This document shows, one piece after another, positions 11,766 through 20,919 of a stretch of 64,000 nt of DNA. The notes beneath the pieces are model-generated. The model did not search any database and was not told the origin of the DNA. It worked only from the letters and a program-made list of their open reading frames with translations. Position 1 is the stretch's first letter; each line of letters starts with the position of its first letter. The position numbers and the translations under genes were made by a program. The stretch comes from an uncultured Methylomirabilota bacterium (GTDB lineage: Bacteria; Methylomirabilota; Methylomirabilia; Methylomirabilales; 2-02-FULL-66-22), in the NCBI GenBank assembly GCA_963705305.1, contig OY970067.1:2464001-2528000 (forward strand), read 5' to 3'.

Positions 11766-12025
11766 TGGAGACCGTCCGGATCGCCGAACTGAAGGCCCGG
11801 CTGAGCGAGTATCTCCGCCGCGTGCGGCGGGGTCGGGCCCTCACCGTTACGGATCGGGAGACGCCCATCGCCCAGATCATCCCCTACCAGGCGGGGGCCG
11901 GCTCCCTGACGGTCCGGCGTCCGATGCCGGGCGCGCCGAGGCTCGCGGCCATCCGCATGCCCCCTCCGCTCGCCATCCGAGCCGACGTGGTCCAGTTGCT
12001 GGCCAAAGAGCGCGGTGACCGGTGA
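11765..12025 (+). CDS. Phd/YefM family antitoxin
   Basis: VRIAELKARLSEYLRRVRRG...VTDRETPIA. Confidence 0.92.
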   Translation: METVRIAELKARLSEYLRRVRRGRALTVTDRETPIAQIIPYQAGAGSLTVRRPMPGAPRLAAIRMPPPLAIRADVVQLLAKERGDR

Positions 12026-12438
12026 TCGCCTACCTTGACTCCTCGGTCGTCCTGCGGGTCGTGCTCGGGCAGCGCGGGGCGCTCCGCGAGTGGAAGGCTG
12101 TCGAGACGGGCGTGGCCAGTGCCCTCGTGGAAGTGGAATGCCTGCGGACGCTCGACCGGCTGCGCCTCCTCGAGGGAATCGCCGAGACTGAGATCGCGCG
12201 GCGGCGCGAGGCGGTCTACCGGATCGTCGAGGCTATCACCCTGGTCGAGCCGACGCAGCCTATTCTCGCCCGCGCCTCGCAGCCCCTTCCCGTCGCCCTC
12301 GGCACCCTGGACGCCATCCACCTGGCGACGGCCCTCCTGTGGCGCGAGCGCTCCGATGCGAACCTGGTCATGGCGACCCACGACGCGGCGCTCGGCCTGG
12401 CGGCCCGAGCGGTCGGCTTCCGGGTGATCGGGCTCTAA
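12022..12438 (+). CDS. vapC: VapC/PIN-domain toxin
   Basis: YLDSS, LVEVE, TLDAIHLATA, ATHD; GTGA overlap with the antitoxin. Confidence 0.92.
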   Translation: MIAYLDSSVVLRVVLGQRGALREWKAVETGVASALVEVECLRTLDRLRLLEGIAETEIARRREAVYRIVEAITLVEPTQPILARASQPLPVALGTLDAIHLATALLWRERSDANLVMATHDAALGLAARAVGFRVIGL

Positions 12439-12808
12439 CGCGGCAGTTCCCCCGCTCCCCATTCCAGACATGCGTATCGTCGGGTGAGCCTCAAGCCGGC
12501 TTGCGCCAGCAGCGCTCCAGCATGTCAACCCATTCCGGCGCGGCATCGCGCAGGACGGTTGGCAGCTCGTCGCAGGGCTGGCCTGTAATCGTTGGTGCCC
12601 CCACCTTGCGCAGCGCCTTCCGGAAGGTGCTGATCGCCTCGCCGGCCATCTCGGCGGGAGCATCGGGCGCCCACCCCAGACAGCCATCGTTTGTATCGTG
12701 CCGCAGAAAAAGGCCCGATTTGGGCCGTGCACCATTTCCTGACAAAAGGCCCGCGAGGCCGCCGGGATTGCCGCGGGGTCGGCCGGATCAGGCTGCCGGC
12801 CGGCGGGG

Positions 12809-13489
12809 TCAGCAGGTGCGGATCTTGCGGGCGACCGTCAACCACTCGCGGTGGACGACGGGGCCGCCGTCGGGAACCTCCGCCAGGTCCACCTCTTCCA
12901 AGGTCAAGAGGTCGAAGCGGTCCGGGGGGAGAAGGGACCGAAGGTCCTCGGCGTCGAAAAAATGGACCAACTTTCCCTTGGGATCCACCCGCGTGTTGCG
13001 CTCCGGATAAAGATCCCAGATGGAAAAGCCGGCCTCGCCCGTCGAGTAGTTGGCCATGGCGACGAGTCCCCCGTCGCACGTGAGCTGCCAGAGCCGGTTG
13101 ACCATGGCCTGACGGACGGGGGCGGGCTGGAGGTGAATCAGGTGGATGGCGACGGACGCGTCAAAGGCTCCGGCGGGAAGCTTCACGTCGGTCAGGTCGC
13201 CTTGGAGCAGGATGATGCGCAGCCCCTCGGCGTCGGCCCGCCCCCGGATCCAGCCGAGGGCATTGGCGCTGAGGTCGAGGGCCGTGACGGCAAAGCCCTC
13301 GCGGGCGTACAGCAGGACATCCCGGCCGGAGCCGCAGCCGGCCTCCAGGATCGTCCGGACCTTCTGGCGGCGAAACACCTCGAGCAGCCGGCGGGCGACG
13401 GAGGTGGGCTCGGTCCCGTAGAGAGGCGCCTGGGCGTAGCGTGCCTCCCAGAAGGCCCGGGCCTCTTCAGGTCCGACGATCCGGGTCAC
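12809..13489 (-). CDS. Class I SAM-dependent methyltransferase
   Basis: FWEARY, ILEAGCGSGRD, TALDLS; GTGA-coupled to the upstream gene. Confidence 0.88.
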   Translation of the reverse strand: MTRIVGPEEARAFWEARYAQAPLYGTEPTSVARRLLEVFRRQKVRTILEAGCGSGRDVLLYAREGFAVTALDLSANALGWIRGRADAEGLRIILLQGDLTDVKLPAGAFDASVAIHLIHLQPAPVRQAMVNRLWQLTCDGGLVAMANYSTGEAGFSIWDLYPERNTRVDPKGKLVHFFDAEDLRSLLPPDRFDLLTLEEVDLAEVPDGGPVVHREWLTVARKIRTC

Positions 13490-13980
13490 GCCGTTCGAGC
13501 CGCAGCCGCGGCCAGGGCCATCTTGACGGCCTCCCGCGGAGTCGCGACCCGCTGGACAGCGTCTTCCGTCTGGCCCGGACGGCTGACCTGCCAGGTGTCC
13601 AGGCCGATCACGGGGATCCCATCGATCTTGGCAAGGGCGATCTCGGAGAGCGTTCCATACTTGCCGCCCACGGCGATCACCGCATGCGCCGAGCGGACGA
13701 CGATTGCGTTCCGCAGATGGCCCAGCCCCGTGGGAATCGGATAGGTCACCCAGGCATTGGCGTCGGCATGTCGCGCCCCCGGCAGGATGCCCACCGTCAC
13801 CCCGCCGCGGCTCTGCGCGCCACGGCAGGCCGCCGCCATCACGCCCCCCAGGCCCCCGCAGACCAGGACGGCCCCGGCGGCGGCGATCTCTCTCCCGACG
13901 GCCTCCGCCAGGGCGGCGATCTCCGGTGTCGGATCCCCCTCGCCGATGACCGCGATGACGAGCGGACGCGGCTCCGTCAC
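13486..13980 (-). CDS. TIGR00725-type LOG/Rossmann-fold nucleotide-binding protein
   Basis: CGGLGGVMAAACRGA, RNAIVV, GKYGTLSEIALA. Confidence 0.9.
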   Translation of the reverse strand: MTEPRPLVIAVIGEGDPTPEIAALAEAVGREIAAAGAVLVCGGLGGVMAAACRGAQSRGGVTVGILPGARHADANAWVTYPIPTGLGHLRNAIVVRSAHAVIAVGGKYGTLSEIALAKIDGIPVIGLDTWQVSRPGQTEDAVQRVATPREAVKMALAAAAARTA

Positions 13981-14089
13981 GGGCAGATCCTTTCCGCTGC
14001 GACAAAGATAAACTGCCGGGTCGCCCGGATGAACACCGATCCGGCATTCGGCATCTCGCCGAGGCAGCCTTCCCCGGGGTGGGGTGAAC

Positions 14090-14638
14090 TCACAACGGCC
14101 GGATCTCCACGCGGGCCGGCCCCTTGGTCTTGGCCCCGAAGCCGATGGCGTAGGGGGAGACCAGCGGGATCCGCACGATGACGTCCCCTTCCTTGTGGTA
14201 GGCCACCATGCGCAGGGAGTAGCCGTTGATGCTGCCGGAGATCAGCCCGCCGTTGGCGTAGCGCCAGCGCTGCTTTCGGTGGCTGTCGTTGATGGCGACG
14301 ACAATGGAGGTGCCGTCGTCGCGGAAGTCCTCCTGGTCTACCTTGGAGAGCTTGGTGGTGGCCTTCTTGTCGCCGTACATCGGGTGGGAGTGGTAGTCGC
14401 CGACCAGCTCCCAGCGGGAGGTGGTGCGGACGGCCTCCTCGATCCGCTGGCCCCGGTGCCAGTCCATGCGGACTTCCTGAAACTTGCGCTTGGCGGACTG
14501 GTAGGGCACGACGAAGTCCACCATGATCCGGTCGGTCTCCCGGTGTCCCAGCAGGATGCCGAAGCATTCCCGGCGATACACCTCGATGGTCGAAACCAGG
14601 AGGCCGATGAAGGCGTTTTCGCTGAGATAGACTTCCAT
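14090..14638 (-). CDS. JAB/MPN (JAMM) metalloprotease domain protein
   Basis: ECFGILLG ... GDYHSHP ... LSKVD. Confidence 0.85.
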   Translation of the reverse strand: MEVYLSENAFIGLLVSTIEVYRRECFGILLGHRETDRIMVDFVVPYQSAKRKFQEVRMDWHRGQRIEEAVRTTSRWELVGDYHSHPMYGDKKATTKLSKVDQEDFRDDGTSIVVAINDSHRKQRWRYANGGLISGSINGYSLRMVAYHKEGDVIVRIPLVSPYAIGFGAKTKGPARVEIRPL

Positions 14639-14701
14639 GGAATGCCGCTTGCCTCTGTGCCTATGAATTCATCTGTTGAGGAATCCGCTGCCGTTCAGAT
14701 C

Positions 14702-15556
14702 TCATGACGGCTGCCGCTGCTGCAGCAAAGACGCTGCCTGCTCCCGCACCTCGTCGCGGCGAGCGCCGGTGGCCAGCCATTGCAGGTCCTGGCGCATCAG
14801 GTAGGGCAATAAACCCAGGACCACTCGCGTGGGCGTTACCGGGTTATTGGCCAGGGCCAGCTTCACCGGGTATCGCGTGATCCAGCGATCGCACTGGGCC
14901 ACCGCCCCAAGGATTTCGGGCGCCACGCGCCGGGACGCCGCCAGCTTCAGAACCTCTGCCTCGGTAAGGCGGGGGTTCGTGAGGATCGTCCGCACCACGC
15001 GGGCGTCAGAGTCAAACAGAAGCCGCTCGATCAGGGCCGGGATCGGGCGCCGCGCCATGGCGATTCGGTAGCCCACCGGCTCTTTCGGCCGCGGTACCGT
15101 CTCGTCGTCGTTCTCGCCCGTCCGCGCCCGCTCGTCAACGAAGAGGCCCGCGCTTGGATCGGCCTCCCTCTCCAAGACAGCCCGAATGGCCTCGATGGCC
15201 TCCCGGCCCAGCAACCAGGTGAGCCGCCCCAGATCGAGGAGCCCGAGACAGATCCGCTGCGCTTTCAGATCCCCGCTCGTGAGGCGTTCGTGCAGCCACG
15301 CAATGGCCCAGGCGGCCTCCTGCGGCGATCGATCCCTCAGATGCTCGCCGAATCGGTGGAGACGAAGCTCGGGGTCGGCGATCCCGGCCAGGAGCGCCAA
15401 CACGTCCTCCGTCTGCCGCCAGGTCCGGAGACGCCGGCAGGCCTCCAAGTAGGCGCCCAGCGTAATCAGTTGGAGGTACCCAGCGGCGCCGTCCATAACG
15501 CGATGTGGAGGTGGGTCGAGGAACCTGCAGTGAGCGAGGATTGGGACCGACGGCAT
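14702..15556 (-). CDS. Hypothetical protein with C-terminal helical (HEAT/LRV-like) repeats
   Basis: LLFDSDARVVRTILTNPRLTEAEV, VKLALANNPVTP; start uncertain. Confidence 0.75.
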   Translation of the reverse strand: MPSVPILAHCRFLDPPPHRVMDGAAGYLQLITLGAYLEACRRLRTWRQTEDVLALLAGIADPELRLHRFGEHLRDRSPQEAAWAIAWLHERLTSGDLKAQRICLGLLDLGRLTWLLGREAIEAIRAVLEREADPSAGLFVDERARTGENDDETVPRPKEPVGYRIAMARRPIPALIERLLFDSDARVVRTILTNPRLTEAEVLKLAASRRVAPEILGAVAQCDRWITRYPVKLALANNPVTPTRVVLGLLPYLMRQDLQWLATGARRDEVREQAASLLQQRQPS

Positions 15557-15643
15557 TGCGTCGGGACCGTTTTCAACCCCTCAAAGAGCGGGGCTCACAT
15601 GCGTGTTTGAACTGACCCGTTCGAGGTGCTGGAAACGTGTACC

Positions 15644-15719
<76 letters not shown>

Positions 15720-16196
15720 GTGTGGCCCTCACGCCAGGGCAGCAGTGGTAACAGCGCCCGCGTCGGCCCGTCGTCAGTCCCCTGGCGCAGCCGCCCGATT
15801 CGGCGCCTGCCGTCCCAAGCCTCCAGGGAATCATGCGCTCTTCGCCGCCCAGGATCCTTTCCCCAGGCCCGTACCAGTGACTATAGACAATGGGCCCAGG
15901 GCTGTCCAGGGTTTTCTCCGAAAGAACCCAAGTGTTTCAGCGACAGAATGGCACAGGAATAGAAATTGGATGATGATAAATGTCTTGAAATGTAACATGT
16001 TGATTTCATTGTTTCTTATGCATACGGCGGATGGGTGATCCGGCCAGCGAAATGTCAGTGAGTGCGGACGAAGAAGCTGGTTTCGGCGATCCTGAAGGCG
16101 AGGAGAGAGCGGCCGTCGCGCCCCCGATCCCTGTGGCGCAGGGCCCGGCCTCGAAAGGTGTAAGAGTTTTTTTGGGCTCGGAGGCCTCGCCAGGAA

Positions 16197-16850
16197 CTAC
16201 GGCTCTTCCTCGATTCCCCCCGGATTGATGTCCCGATTGATGGGAATACCCTGCCGGCACATCGGGCACTCCTCGGGGCTGTAAGTGGGGACGTCGCGCG
16301 TCACGATGGTGAAAAGGGGGTACTTGAACTTCACGCCGCTGCTCCGGCGCCAGATCGCTCCCACCCCGATCACCTGCCCGCCCGTGCGCTCCACCAGCCT
16401 GATGAGCTTGCGGACCGTCTCGCCCGTGGTGACGATGTCCTCGACGATGAGAACCCGCCCCCCCTCCGGGAAGAAGGCCCGGTACTCGGGCGGCAGCACC
16501 ACCTCGGTATGCTTGGCCGCAGTGCGTTCCTTGGTGGCGAAGATAAAGCGCGGGCGGGAGGGGTGGGTGCGAGCGACGCAATACCCCAGGAGGCCGGCCC
16601 CGTACCCGGTCGTGAGGACCAGATCCACCTGGTAGCGGCTGAAATGCGTGGCGATGATGTCGCCCAGGCCCTCCGTGAACGTCGGCTCGGTCGTGACCAG
16701 GGCCTTGGCCACGTACTCCGAGGTGTGGCGCCCGGAGCGCAGGACGATATGCTCGTTGGTGTGGTAGGCGCCCGTGCGGAGGAGGATGCCCCGGTGCAGC
16801 CGCTCCAGGATCTCCTCGTCGATGGGGACCGGCTTGTCACGGTTCGGCAT
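16197..16850 (-). CDS. Orotate phosphoribosyltransferase-like PRTase
   Basis: LRSGRHT, VLIVEDIVTTG PRPP loop, C-terminal CPMC; overlaps the ade stop. Confidence 0.8.
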   Translation of the reverse strand: MPNRDKPVPIDEEILERLHRGILLRTGAYHTNEHIVLRSGRHTSEYVAKALVTTEPTFTEGLGDIIATHFSRYQVDLVLTTGYGAGLLGYCVARTHPSRPRFIFATKERTAAKHTEVVLPPEYRAFFPEGGRVLIVEDIVTTGETVRKLIRLVERTGGQVIGVGAIWRRSSGVKFKYPLFTIVTRDVPTYSPEECPMCRQGIPINRDINPGGIEEEP

Positions 16851-18648
16851 GATCCTCCCCTTCCGCCCCCCCGTCCGCGACCAGGGGGACCACGTGGTTT
16901 CGGCGCACATCCCACAGCCCCCGCTCCCGGATGCGGAGGGCCGGAATGGCCGTGAAGGTGACCACCTGGGCGCTGAGAAACGGGCTGCGGCGCACGCAGC
17001 CCAATGCATGCAGCGCCGCCTGGAAGGCGTCGATCTCCGCGGCCAGCGTCGGCAGCGGCCGGTTGGAGGCGACCCCGCCCATGGCCAGGGACACCTCGGC
17101 CCGAATGGCTCCACGCGCCGCGACGGTCATGCCGCCGCCCAGGGCCAGCATCCGCTCCGCCGCGACCAGCATATCCGTGTCGTTTCCGCCGATGAGGACG
17201 AGGTTGCTGGTCTCGAAGCTCTCGCTGGTGGCCAGGGCCCCTTCCCGGAGGCCCCAGCCGGAGACGAATCCGCGGGCAATCTGTCCCCGTCCGTGGCGAT
17301 CCAGGACAACGACCTTCAGGAGGTCGCCGGCCGGGTCGGCGTGGAGCGCCCCGTTCCGGACGGGCAGCTCGCGGATCTCCTCGGTGGTGACGATCTCCGT
17401 GGAAAAGCGGATGACGCGGACGCGGATCCGCTCCCGCCCCGCGGGGGCGGGGATCCGGAGGTCGTCCGGACCCAACGGGCGGGAGAGTCGCGGCGCGGGA
17501 AACAGCTCCAGGGGGAGGCTGACCGGCGGGATAGGGACGGTGATGCACCCGTCCCGGGCCACGACCTGTCCGCGGGCGAGGACGAGGCTGGGGCGAAACT
17601 GGGCCAGGTCGGAGAGCAGCAGGATGTCCGCCTGCCGGCCGGGCGCCAGCCCTCCCAGGCGACCCTCGAGGTGGAAGTGCTCCGCTGGGGTGAGGGTGAT
17701 GGCCTGCAGGGCCTGCATCGCCGTGAGGCCCATGCCGAGCGCCTGCCGCGCGGACTCGTCCAGGCAGCCTCGCTGTAGCAGGTCGTGCGGCCAGACCGAG
17801 TCCGTGGCCAGCACCAGGCGGCGCGGGCTGATCCCGGTCAGGAGGCCGCGCAGGGCGGCGGAGTCCCGGCGGATGGAGCCATCCCGGATCATAGTGGTCA
17901 GGCCGAGACGCAGCCGCTCCCTGACTTCCCCCGGCGTCGTCGACTCGTGGCACGAGCGGACCCCGGCGGCCACCGTGGCCGCCAGCTTTCTCCCCCGTGC
18001 CCCGGCGGAGTGACCTTCCACCCGCTTGCCCAGGGAATCCGCCTTGGCCATCAAGAGCGGCAGCTCGGCCTGGCCCGCCAGGACCGCCGGCCAGTAGGCC
18101 TCGCCCAGGCCGGCCACGGCAGGCTCTTCCAGCAAGCGGGCCATCTCCTCCGTATCGATCATGGGCTGCCCGTCCCCCCGATCGGAGCAGAGGTATGAGA
18201 TCGTGGGGGCCGTGGCCATGACGGTGATGGGCAGGGAGGACAGTCTGTCGACAAAGGCGGCCACCGCCGGATAGCCCCCCACATTGGCCACCGCGTTGGT
18301 CTCCGTGACCGCAGCGGTGAGACCCGTGGGAACGGCAGCGGCCAGGAAGTGGTCGAGGCGGTGGATGCAATCCAGGTGGGTGTGGGCGTCCAGGTATCCC
18401 GGGGCGATGACCTGCCCCTCGGCCTCGATGACCGCGGTGGCCGGACCGATCGTATGGCCCACCTCGCGGCTCACCAGGGCGATGCGGGTCCCGGCCACAG
18501 CCACCCCCCATCCCTCCAGCAGTTCCCCGGTGTACACATTAGCCAGGACGCCCCCGCGGACCACGAGGTCGGCAGGGGCGTCGCCCAGGGCCACGGCGAC
18601 GAGCCGGCGGGGGTCGTCCCGCCGGAGGGGGTGGGGGGACTCAGGCAC
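16837..18648 (-). CDS. ade: Adenine deaminase family amidohydrolase
   Basis: APGYLDAHTH, EGH, CHE, ATD, GGLAPGRQAD, IPALRI. Confidence 0.85.
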   Translation of the reverse strand: MPESPHPLRRDDPRRLVAVALGDAPADLVVRGGVLANVYTGELLEGWGVAVAGTRIALVSREVGHTIGPATAVIEAEGQVIAPGYLDAHTHLDCIHRLDHFLAAAVPTGLTAAVTETNAVANVGGYPAVAAFVDRLSSLPITVMATAPTISYLCSDRGDGQPMIDTEEMARLLEEPAVAGLGEAYWPAVLAGQAELPLLMAKADSLGKRVEGHSAGARGRKLAATVAAGVRSCHESTTPGEVRERLRLGLTTMIRDGSIRRDSAALRGLLTGISPRRLVLATDSVWPHDLLQRGCLDESARQALGMGLTAMQALQAITLTPAEHFHLEGRLGGLAPGRQADILLLSDLAQFRPSLVLARGQVVARDGCITVPIPPVSLPLELFPAPRLSRPLGPDDLRIPAPAGRERIRVRVIRFSTEIVTTEEIRELPVRNGALHADPAGDLLKVVVLDRHGRGQIARGFVSGWGLREGALATSESFETSNLVLIGGNDTDMLVAAERMLALGGGMTVAARGAIRAEVSLAMGGVASNRPLPTLAAEIDAFQAALHALGCVRRSPFLSAQVVTFTAIPALRIRERGLWDVRRNHVVPLVADGGAEGEDHAEP

Positions 18649-18672
18649 GGTGTGATACTCCGTTGCGGCGCC

Positions 18673-19410
18673 TCAGGCTGGGGACCGTCGCCGGCGCCGA
18701 TACTCCTCGATCAGACCATGGTCGGCGAAGCTGTAATGATCCAGCCGGCCCACGATCACGTGGTCCAGCAGCGGGATGCGGAGCAGCTCGCCGGCCAGGA
18801 CCAGCTCTTCGGTCAGGGCGCGATCGCCCGCGCTGGGCTGCGAATGGCCGGAGGGGTGGTTGCGGATCAGGATGATGGCGGCGGCGTGGTGCCGGTTGGC
18901 GCGCTGGACGATGTCGCGCGGGTAGATCGGGCTCTCGGTGAGCGAGCCCTCGCTCAGGGTCTCCAGCGCCAGCACCTCGTTGCCTCCGTTGACCAGGAGC
19001 AGCTCGCACCGCTCCTGCTGCAGGCCGCGTAGGCGCGGGGCCGCCAGGCCCACGACGTCCCGCGAGGAGGTGATCCGCGGGCGGGTCGCCCGCTCCACTT
19101 CGGACAGCAGGCGGCGACCCAGCTCCAGCGCCGCCTTGAGCTGCGCCACCTTGGCCGGACCGACGCCGGCGGTCGCCCGCAGCTCGGCCGGCTCCGCCGC
19201 ATCCAAACCGGCCAGGTCCCCCCACTCGCGCAGCAGGACCCGCGCCAAGTCCACGGCGCTCCGTCCCCGCGAGCCGGTGCGGAGAATGATGGCCAGGAGC
19301 TCGGCGGTCGTCAGCCGTCGCGCGCCCTCGGCGGCGAGGCGCTCGCGCGGCCGCTCGCCCTCCGGCCAGTCGCGGATGGCATAACTCTTCGGCGCCGTGC
19401 TCGTGGCCAC
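18673..19410 (-). CDS. radC: RadC (UPF0758) protein with variant JAMM motif
   Basis: ERPRERL, ELLAIILRTG, GVGPAK, RNHPSG, LLDHVIVG. Confidence 0.93.
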   Translation of the reverse strand: MATSTAPKSYAIRDWPEGERPRERLAAEGARRLTTAELLAIILRTGSRGRSAVDLARVLLREWGDLAGLDAAEPAELRATAGVGPAKVAQLKAALELGRRLLSEVERATRPRITSSRDVVGLAAPRLRGLQQERCELLLVNGGNEVLALETLSEGSLTESPIYPRDIVQRANRHHAAAIILIRNHPSGHSQPSAGDRALTEELVLAGELLRIPLLDHVIVGRLDHYSFADHGLIEEYRRRRRSPA

Positions 19411-19572
19411 CCTGCACCCTTCCGACCGGTCAGCCTCCCGGCCGAGCCCATAGGGGCCATCCGCCGGCGCCAGGGAGCACGGCGACCCGGCGGAAATTTC
19501 GCAGAGGATATCAGGATTCGGTCGGGGCTCCAATGGAATTTCGGTCGGCCCGGGGGCAGCCCTGGCTCCGGC

Positions 19573-20805
19573 TCACATGAGGCTGACGACTAGGAGCAGC
19601 AGGCTCAGGGCGATCATCACGGCAGCCGTTCCCCAGGTAACCAAGTTGAAGGGGATGGAGTTCACGTGACGGCCCATGACCTCCCGGTCGTTGATCAGGA
19701 TCAGCATGAATATCAGGACGGGGGCGAGCAGGAGTCCGTTCAACGTCTGGGAGAGGAACATGATCTCGAGCAGCGGCGCCCGGGGGAGGAGGATCAGACC
19801 CGCCCCCAGGACGATCATCCCGATGTAAATGCCGAAGAAAGCGGGGGCCTCTCGCGGCGTCCGGGAGACCCCGGTCTCCCAGCCCAGGCCCTCGCACACG
19901 GCATACGCGGTGGAGAGCGGCAAGACGGCAGCGGAGAACACCGAGGCGTTCAGCAGCCCCACGGCGAAGAGGAGGCTGGCGTACCGCCCGGCCAGAGGCT
20001 GGAGGGCCAGGGCCGCATCGCTGGCGCTCTCGATCGGCACTCGGTGGACGTAGAGCGTGGCAGCACAGGCCACCATGATGAAGAAGGCCACGATGTCGGT
20101 CATGAACCCACCGAGGATGACGTCCCAGCGGGCATACCTGTACTCCTTGATGCGGATCCCTTTGTCGGCCACGGAGGACTGCTGGTAGAACTGCATCCAG
20201 GGGGCGATCGTGGTTCCGATGACGGTCACCAGGGTAACGAGGTAGCTCGTGTCCAGCCGGAAGCTCGGCTGCAGGGTCTGGCGGAAGACCTCGCCCCACG
20301 GGGGCTTGGCCAGCAGGGCTGAGGGGATGTACACAAGGTAGACCACGCTGGCGAAGAGGAAGATTCGCTCCACGAAGCCGTAGTTTCCTTGGACGACCAG
20401 CCAGCCCATGAGGACGGCGACCAGCGGCACCGCGATCAGCTTGGAGACGCCGAAGATTCCCAGGCTGGCCGCGACCCCGGCGAACTCCGAGGCCGTATTG
20501 GCCAGGTTGGCCAGGATGAGGGTTCCCATCACGGCCAGGGTGATCCGGACACCAAAGCGCTCGCGGATCAGCTCGCCGAGGCCTTTGCCGGTGACGACCC
20601 CCATCCGGCTGCACATCTCCTGGATGACAATGAGGCTGACGGTGGTGGGGATGAGGGACCAGAGGAGGCTATAGCCGTACTGCGCTCCGGCCACGGAGTA
20701 GGTGGTGATGCCGCCCGCATCGTTGTCGATGTTGGCCGTGATAATCCCCGGCCCCATCACCGTGAGGAACAGGAACAGGCGGCGTCGGATGCGGCTCCAG
20801 CGCAT
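19573..20805 (-). CDS. NRAMP family divalent metal (probably Mg2+) transporter
   Basis: GPGIITANIDNDAGGITTYS, GTTIAPWMQFY; start could be 20811 or 20904. Confidence 0.92.
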   Translation of the reverse strand: MRWSRIRRRLFLFLTVMGPGIITANIDNDAGGITTYSVAGAQYGYSLLWSLIPTTVSLIVIQEMCSRMGVVTGKGLGELIRERFGVRITLAVMGTLILANLANTASEFAGVAASLGIFGVSKLIAVPLVAVLMGWLVVQGNYGFVERIFLFASVVYLVYIPSALLAKPPWGEVFRQTLQPSFRLDTSYLVTLVTVIGTTIAPWMQFYQQSSVADKGIRIKEYRYARWDVILGGFMTDIVAFFIMVACAATLYVHRVPIESASDAALALQPLAGRYASLLFAVGLLNASVFSAAVLPLSTAYAVCEGLGWETGVSRTPREAPAFFGIYIGMIVLGAGLILLPRAPLLEIMFLSQTLNGLLLAPVLIFMLILINDREVMGRHVNSIPFNLVTWGTAAVMIALSLLLLVVSLM

Positions 20806-20919
20806 GGGCATGGGTCGGCCAGGACTCCGCGCGGCCGGCGACACACGGCCGGAATGGCTTGCCCCCGAATCGCCGGGGCGGCGGTGCAGCCGCCTGCGGG
20901 ACACGCGGGGCGGCCACCA

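Noticed and set aside
12464..12479. 14/16 match to the candidate LexA box
   Set aside because: Lies downstream of vapC between convergent genes, both half-sites are altered, and there is no promoter context
12491..12745. 84-aa minus-strand ORF
   Set aside because: No RBS or recognisable family; possibly a fragment but cannot be supported
15949..16008. Sigma54 promoter or operator in an AT-rich patch (TGGCAC; TGAAAT...ATTTCA)
   Set aside because: The -12 TTGC element is missing and no convincing plus-strand gene follows
16130..16175. c-di-GMP riboswitch-like GCAGGGC...CGAAAG
   Set aside because: Lacks GCAAAC and the P2 stem, and is not upstream of a co-oriented gene
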